Below are positions 59,759 through 64,000 of a stretch of DNA of 64,000 bases, one piece after another. The stretch lies in the IMG/VR virus record IMGVR_UViG_3300006120_000013. One strand, given 5' to 3'. The notes under the pieces were generated by a model. That model worked only from the letters and a program-made list of their open reading frames with translations. It had not been told where the DNA came from and did no database searches. This DNA is from an uncultured virus (IMG/VR IMGVR_UViG_3300006120_000013). Its lineage: Duplodnaviria; Heunggongvirae; Uroviricota; Caudoviricetes. Numbering within the stretch: the stretch's first letter is position 1; every line of letters begins with the position of its first letter. Both the position numbers and the translations under genes were made by a program.

Positions 59759-59783
59759 ATATTGTCATACTTATTAAGGAAGT

Positions 59784-60083
59784 ATGATCATGAGTCGTCC
59801 AAAGCCAACGGTAATATTAGAATATACTAATAAGAAGAATTATAAAGTAGAACAGATTCTAGACGCTGAGGCAATCTGGGCAGTATTCTATAAAAATCAA
59901 CCTTTTAATTTGAAAAGCAGTTCACTTGTATCAAACTATCCAGGTCCAAAGTATAAAAAAACTTCATTCTCAAATCCAGGACACGCTCACAATTTGGCTA
60001 AAAAGTTAAATACCATGTTCAAGTGTGAGGATTTTACGGTTGTTAAACTCACACAAGGTGAGACCGTAATATGCGAGGATTAA
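59784..60083 (+). CDS. Hypothetical phage protein
   Basis: MSRPKP...YPGPKYKKTSFSNPGHA.NLA.KLN; late promoter at 59755-59761. Confidence 0.6.
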   Translation: MIMSRPKPTVILEYTNKKNYKVEQILDAEAIWAVFYKNQPFNLKSSSLVSNYPGPKYKKTSFSNPGHAHNLAKKLNTMFKCEDFTVVKLTQGETVICED

Positions 60084-60466
60084 AAGAAGTATATACTAAA
60101 ATATTTCTATCACAAACTGGATTACCATCAGATCCGGATTCTGTCCACAAATACATTTTTAAATGGTGGAAGAATCCTCGAGAAAAATTAAACTCTGGCC
60201 TTACCTTAACTGAAGAAGGATTTGAATTTCTCGTAACTAAACTTGGACTTAAATGCTATAGAGTTCCATTTCCAAAAGATTTTGAATTTACTGTACAAGT
60301 TGTACTTTGGTTAGACAAGTTTTTAGATTGTCCAAATTATTATAACAAAAAAGAAATATACGTATTTAAAGAAAAGAAAGCCGCGGAACTTCTTCTATTC
60401 TCTGGTGACGTCCGAAAATACGGACTAGCTAAAGCAATGGCTCGTCAACGTGAATTGGAACGTTGA
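60071..60466 (+). CDS. Hypothetical phage protein
   Basis: WWKNPR..GL.LT.EG, CP.YY, L.LFSGD. Confidence 0.6.
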   Translation: MRGLKEVYTKIFLSQTGLPSDPDSVHKYIFKWWKNPREKLNSGLTLTEEGFEFLVTKLGLKCYRVPFPKDFEFTVQVVLWLDKFLDCPNYYNKKEIYVFKEKKAAELLLFSGDVRKYGLAKAMARQRELER

Positions 60467-60541
60467 CAGATAGATAAGTGTTGACGCACAGTCTATAGGT
60501 GTTATAGTAGCAATATAGACGGAAACAAAGGAGCCAACACA

Positions 60542-61624
60542 ATGTCCGATCTTAGCGTTCGCACCGTAAGCATTAATGGAGCCAAAGCGGCTCTCCGACA
60601 CGCATTTTCTAAGCGTCGTCCAATTTTCATCTGGGGCCCCCCAGGCATTGGTAAATCCGATGCTATTCATCAGTTAGGTACTGAACTTGAATCTCATGTT
60701 ATCGACGTTCGACTTTCACTTTGGGAACCCACTGATATTAAAGGTATTCCATATTATAATTCTAATGACAATACAATGTCGTGGGCACCTCCGGTAGAAT
60801 TACCTACTGAGGAATTTGCTAAACAATTCAAAAACATTATCTTATTCTTAGACGAGATGAATTCGGCTCCGCCCGCGGTGCAGGCTGCGGCTTACCAACT
60901 AATTCTTAACCGTCGAGTTGGTACTTACAAGTTGCCTGATAATGTGCTCGTCGTTGCCGCTGGTAACCGCGAGGCAGATAAAGGTGTTACGTATCGTATG
61001 CCTGCACCGCTGAGCAATCGTTTTGTTCACTTAGAACTGCGAGTTGACTTTGAAGATTGGTTAAACTGGGCTGTTGATAACAAGATACATAAAGACGTTG
61101 TTGGTTACCTGTCATTTGCTAAACAGGACTTGTATGACTTTGATCCAAAGACTGCAAGCCGTTCGTTTGCTACACCGCGTTCTTGGCAGTTCGTTAGCGA
61201 ATTGTTAGACGATGACATCAACGATTCTACTACAGCAGATCTTGTATCAGGTGCTGTCGGTGAAGGTACGGCTGTTAAATTTATGGCACACCGCAAGGTT
61301 GCTGGACGTATGCCTAATCCAACTGACATTTTACATGGCAAGGTTAAAGAACTTAAAGTTAAAGAGATCTCCGCTATGTATTCGTTAACAGTATCTTTGT
61401 GCTACGAACTCAAAGATATTGCTCAGAAGAAAGACAAGAAGTTTGATGATTTTGCTGATAACTTCTTCCGCTTTATGATGGATAATTTTGAGACTGAACT
61501 TGTAGTTATGGGTGCTAAAATTGCTCTTACTAACTATGACTTGCCTCTAGATCCAAGCAAGATGAAGAACTTTGACGAGTTCCACGATCGCTTTGGCAAG
61601 TATGTTATCGCTGCGAACCAGTGA
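60542..61624 (+). CDS. MoxR-like AAA+ ATPase
   Basis: WGPPGIGKS, LFLDEMN, AAGNR, PLSNRFVH, TPRSW; TTGACG...TATAGT promoter and AGGAG upstream. Confidence 0.85.
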   Translation: MSDLSVRTVSINGAKAALRHAFSKRRPIFIWGPPGIGKSDAIHQLGTELESHVIDVRLSLWEPTDIKGIPYYNSNDNTMSWAPPVELPTEEFAKQFKNIILFLDEMNSAPPAVQAAAYQLILNRRVGTYKLPDNVLVVAAGNREADKGVTYRMPAPLSNRFVHLELRVDFEDWLNWAVDNKIHKDVVGYLSFAKQDLYDFDPKTASRSFATPRSWQFVSELLDDDINDSTTADLVSGAVGEGTAVKFMAHRKVAGRMPNPTDILHGKVKELKVKEISAMYSLTVSLCYELKDIAQKKDKKFDDFADNFFRFMMDNFETELVVMGAKIALTNYDLPLDPSKMKNFDEFHDRFGKYVIAANQ

Positions 61625-61633
61625 TGTTGGCAA

Positions 61634-61668
61634 GTGCCGTAGGAGGTTGAAAAAATCTCCTACGGTGC
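61634..61668 (+). terminator. Hairpin downstream of the AAA gene (terminator or processing site)
   Basis: GTGCCGTAGGAG-N11-CTCCTACGGTGC; no clear U tract. Confidence 0.5.
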
Positions 61669-61697
61669 TATATACATTTACATATTAGGAGAGTTCC

Positions 61698-63404
61698 ATG
61701 CTCACATATAAAGCACCTGTTGAAGAATCGTTATTTCTTATAAAAGATGTTCTTAAAGTTGATAATGATTTGTTAGAGCCTATTATTCAAGAAGCCGCTA
61801 AACTCGCTGAAGAAGTTATTGCTCCTACAAATCAAGAAGGTGACAACGTAGGTTGTTTTTGGACTAATGGTCCTGGATTAGAATATCCAGAAGTTGTAAC
61901 TACTCAATCATTTAAAGAACCATGGAAACAATTTACAGAAGGTGGGTGGTGCGGATTAAATGTTCCAGAAGAATATGGAGGTCAAGGACAACCTTACCTT
62001 CTTGCTGCTGTTGTAAACGAATTTGTATCAGCAGCAAATATGTCATTTGGTCTATTTCCAGGTCTTACTCGTGGAGCAATCCAAGCACTATTAGAAGTTG
62101 CTACAGAAGAACAAAAACAAAAATACATTCCTATGATGGCTTCTGGTAAATGGACCGGCACTATGAATCTTACCGAACCGCATTGCGGAACTGATCTCGG
62201 TTTGTTAAAGACAAAATCTATTCCAAATGAAGATGGAACATATTCTATTACTGGACAAAAGATTTTTATTAGTGCTGGTGATCACGATTTAAGTGAAAAT
62301 ATTATTCATCTTGTTCTTGCTCGTATCGAAGGAGCATCAGCAGGAACTAAAGGTATTAGTCTATTCATTGTTCCTAAATTCTTAGAAAATAATGAAAGAA
62401 ATAAAGTTACATGTGGAGCTATTGAAAAAAAGATGGGCATACATGGAAGTCCAACTTGTCAGATGTTTTTTGACAATGCCACAGGATACTTGTTAGGAGA
62501 GAAAGGAAAAGGTCTCATTCATATGTTTATTATGATGAATGAGGCAAGACTCGGAGTTGCTGTTCAAGGGTTAGGACAGAGTGATCTTGCTTATCAAAAT
62601 GCTGTTAAATATGCTATAGACCGATTACAAGGAAGATCATTAACTGGTGTTAAAAATGAACAAGGACCTGCTGATCCTATTATCGTTCATCCTGATGTTC
62701 GCCGTATGCTTATGGACATAAAATCTGTTAACATGCCAGGACGTTTGTTAATTTATAAGGCTGCTTTGCTTTGCGATAAGAAAGACGATCAATCACAAGA
62801 TATTCTCGGACTAATGACTCCTATCCTTAAAGGTGTTATGTCTGATTATGGTTTTGAAAATGCTGTAAAGGCACAACAGGTTTTTGGAGGACACGGTTAT
62901 ATCAAAGAATGGGGCATGGAACAGATTGTTCGCGATGCTCGTATTGCCCAAATCTACGAAGGTGCTAATGGCATTCAAGCATTAGATCTAGTTGGACGTA
63001 AACTTCCAAAGAATATGGGTAGAGCAGTTCGTACTCAATTCAAACTTTTTGAAGAACAACTTGAAAAAGATTTGAATAACGAAAATGTAAACAAATGGGC
63101 ATACTTTGTTGAGAGAGCATATCAAGATCTTAAGAAGGCTACAAATTGGCTTGTCCAAAATGGTATGAAAAATCCAGATAATGCTGGAAGTGCCTCATAC
63201 GATTATATGAAACTTTTTGGACTTGTTTATATGGGATTTGCTTGGCTCGATATTATTAAAATCGCACAAGAAAAGAATATGAAAGACAAACTAATTATGG
63301 CAGATTATTTTGTTGATCGTATTCTCCCAGAAACTTCGTTTCTTTGGAGCAAAATAGAAAGTGGATCTAAAAGCATGATGGATCTACCAGTTGACAAGTT
63401 CTAA
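61698..63404 (+). CDS. Acyl-CoA dehydrogenase (long, DmdC-like type)
   Basis: GTMNLTEPHCGTDLG, GQKIFIS, KMGIHGSPTC, MNEARL, QVFGGHGYI.E, IYEGANGIQALDL. Confidence 0.9.
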   Translation: MLTYKAPVEESLFLIKDVLKVDNDLLEPIIQEAAKLAEEVIAPTNQEGDNVGCFWTNGPGLEYPEVVTTQSFKEPWKQFTEGGWCGLNVPEEYGGQGQPYLLAAVVNEFVSAANMSFGLFPGLTRGAIQALLEVATEEQKQKYIPMMASGKWTGTMNLTEPHCGTDLGLLKTKSIPNEDGTYSITGQKIFISAGDHDLSENIIHLVLARIEGASAGTKGISLFIVPKFLENNERNKVTCGAIEKKMGIHGSPTCQMFFDNATGYLLGEKGKGLIHMFIMMNEARLGVAVQGLGQSDLAYQNAVKYAIDRLQGRSLTGVKNEQGPADPIIVHPDVRRMLMDIKSVNMPGRLLIYKAALLCDKKDDQSQDILGLMTPILKGVMSDYGFENAVKAQQVFGGHGYIKEWGMEQIVRDARIAQIYEGANGIQALDLVGRKLPKNMGRAVRTQFKLFEEQLEKDLNNENVNKWAYFVERAYQDLKKATNWLVQNGMKNPDNAGSASYDYMKLFGLVYMGFAWLDIIKIAQEKNMKDKLIMADYFVDRILPETSFLWSKIESGSKSMMDLPVDKF

Positions 63405-63442
63405 TAATATGCTATTATACTTGTATAACACGGAGATGTCTA

Positions 63443-64000
63443 ATGTCTACAGAAGTTGCTGAAAAACCAAAATCCAAAGTTGATCACCGTAAAATTGAAG
63501 AAAAACTAATTACTGCTCGAGTTGGTCTACTTCTACGTCATTCATTCTTTGGTAATATGGCAACTCGTTTACGTATGGTAAATTGTGAGAACGATTCGTT
63601 TATTAAAACTGCTGCTACAGACGGACGTCACTTTTATTATGCTCCAGAGTTTATTGATACCTTAAATCCAAAACAAACTGAGTTTGTCTTTGCTCACGAA
63701 GTACTACATAATGTGTTTGAGCATATGTTCCGCCGAGGAGACCGTGATCCTCAAATTTGGAACATTGCTACAGACTATGCTATCAATCAAATCCTTGTAG
63801 ACGAGAAGATTGGTGAAAAGGTTTCACAAATTAAAATCTTCCAAGATAACAAATATCGTGGTAAGAGTGCTGAAGAAATCTACGACGAGATCTTTGAGAA
63901 ATATGATATGGAACAATTACAGCAATTGGGTGAATTGTTAGACCAACATATGGATCCAGATAAGGATGGACAAGGAGAAGGCAAAGAAGGCGAAGGCAAA
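63443..64000 (+). CDS. HExxH metallopeptidase-like protein (DUF2201-type MoxR partner), 3' truncated; absent from the ORF track
   Basis: Hand translation MSTEVAEK...TAATDGRHFYYAPEF...FVFAHEVLHNVFEHMFRRGDRDPQIWNIATDYAIN; GGAG RBS; TTGACA promoter at 63391. Confidence 0.8.
   Translation, partial: MSTEVAEKPKSKVDHRKIEEKLITARVGLLLRHSFFGNMATRLRMVNCENDSFIKTAATDGRHFYYAPEFIDTLNPKQTEFVFAHEVLHNVFEHMFRRGDRDPQIWNIATDYAINQILVDEKIGEKVSQIKIFQDNKYRGKSAEEIYDEIFEKYDMEQLQQLGELLDQHMDPDKDGQGEGKEGEGK

Noticed and set aside
835..62149. Numerous short antisense or nested ORFs in the track (e.g. 835-1200, 17117-17710, 41599-42087, 58375-58962)
   Set aside because: They lie largely or wholly within well-supported genes and show no recognisable motifs.
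1..64000. Stop-codon reassignment, introns/inteins, tRNA genes
   Set aside because: Genes are intact and densely packed in the standard code using TAA, TAG and TGA; the polymerase and ATPases have normal lengths; intergenic gaps show no cloverleaf pattern.

Overview
This window is a 64-kb slice of a large, AT-rich, T4-related (jumbo-type) myophage genome. The host is probably an alphaproteobacterium, inferred from the Shemin-type ALA synthase and the acyl-CoA dehydrogenase. From left to right it contains: baseplate/tail genes (1-6.5 kb); a DnaE-like fragment, a radical SAM enzyme, GroES, a MazG-like protein, the clamp loader, phoH (minus strand; the ORF track strand label is wrong), DnaJ, peptide deformylase and ClpA (6.7-18.6 kb); a modular tail-fibre block ending in a Cys-less glutaredoxin-like protein and a papain-like protease (18.7-28.8 kb); a 10-kb late cluster whose proteins share an N-terminal M-x-(I/L/V)-x-(E/D)-(L/F/V) leader and, in several cases, internal x-x-E linkers, and which includes nucleotidyltransferase, ligase-like, HxGH adenylyltransferase and HAD nucleotidase domains (29.1-39.5 kb); a collagen-like fibre, hemA and a GT25 (39.5-46.4 kb); family B DNA polymerase and sliding clamp followed by a 7-deazaguanine cluster (TGT/DpdA-like, QueD-like, glycosyltransferase, FolE, PRTase, QueE; no QueC in the window); and RNase H, a MoxR-type AAA ATPase, an acyl-CoA dehydrogenase and a truncated metallopeptidase gene. 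Regulatory signals include recurrent ATAAATA late promoters, several inside RBS-sequestering hairpins, and sigma70-like promoters positioned for leaderless mRNAs. No tRNA, rRNA, CRISPR array or mobile element was recognised. All functional calls come from reading motifs by eye; no database search was run.
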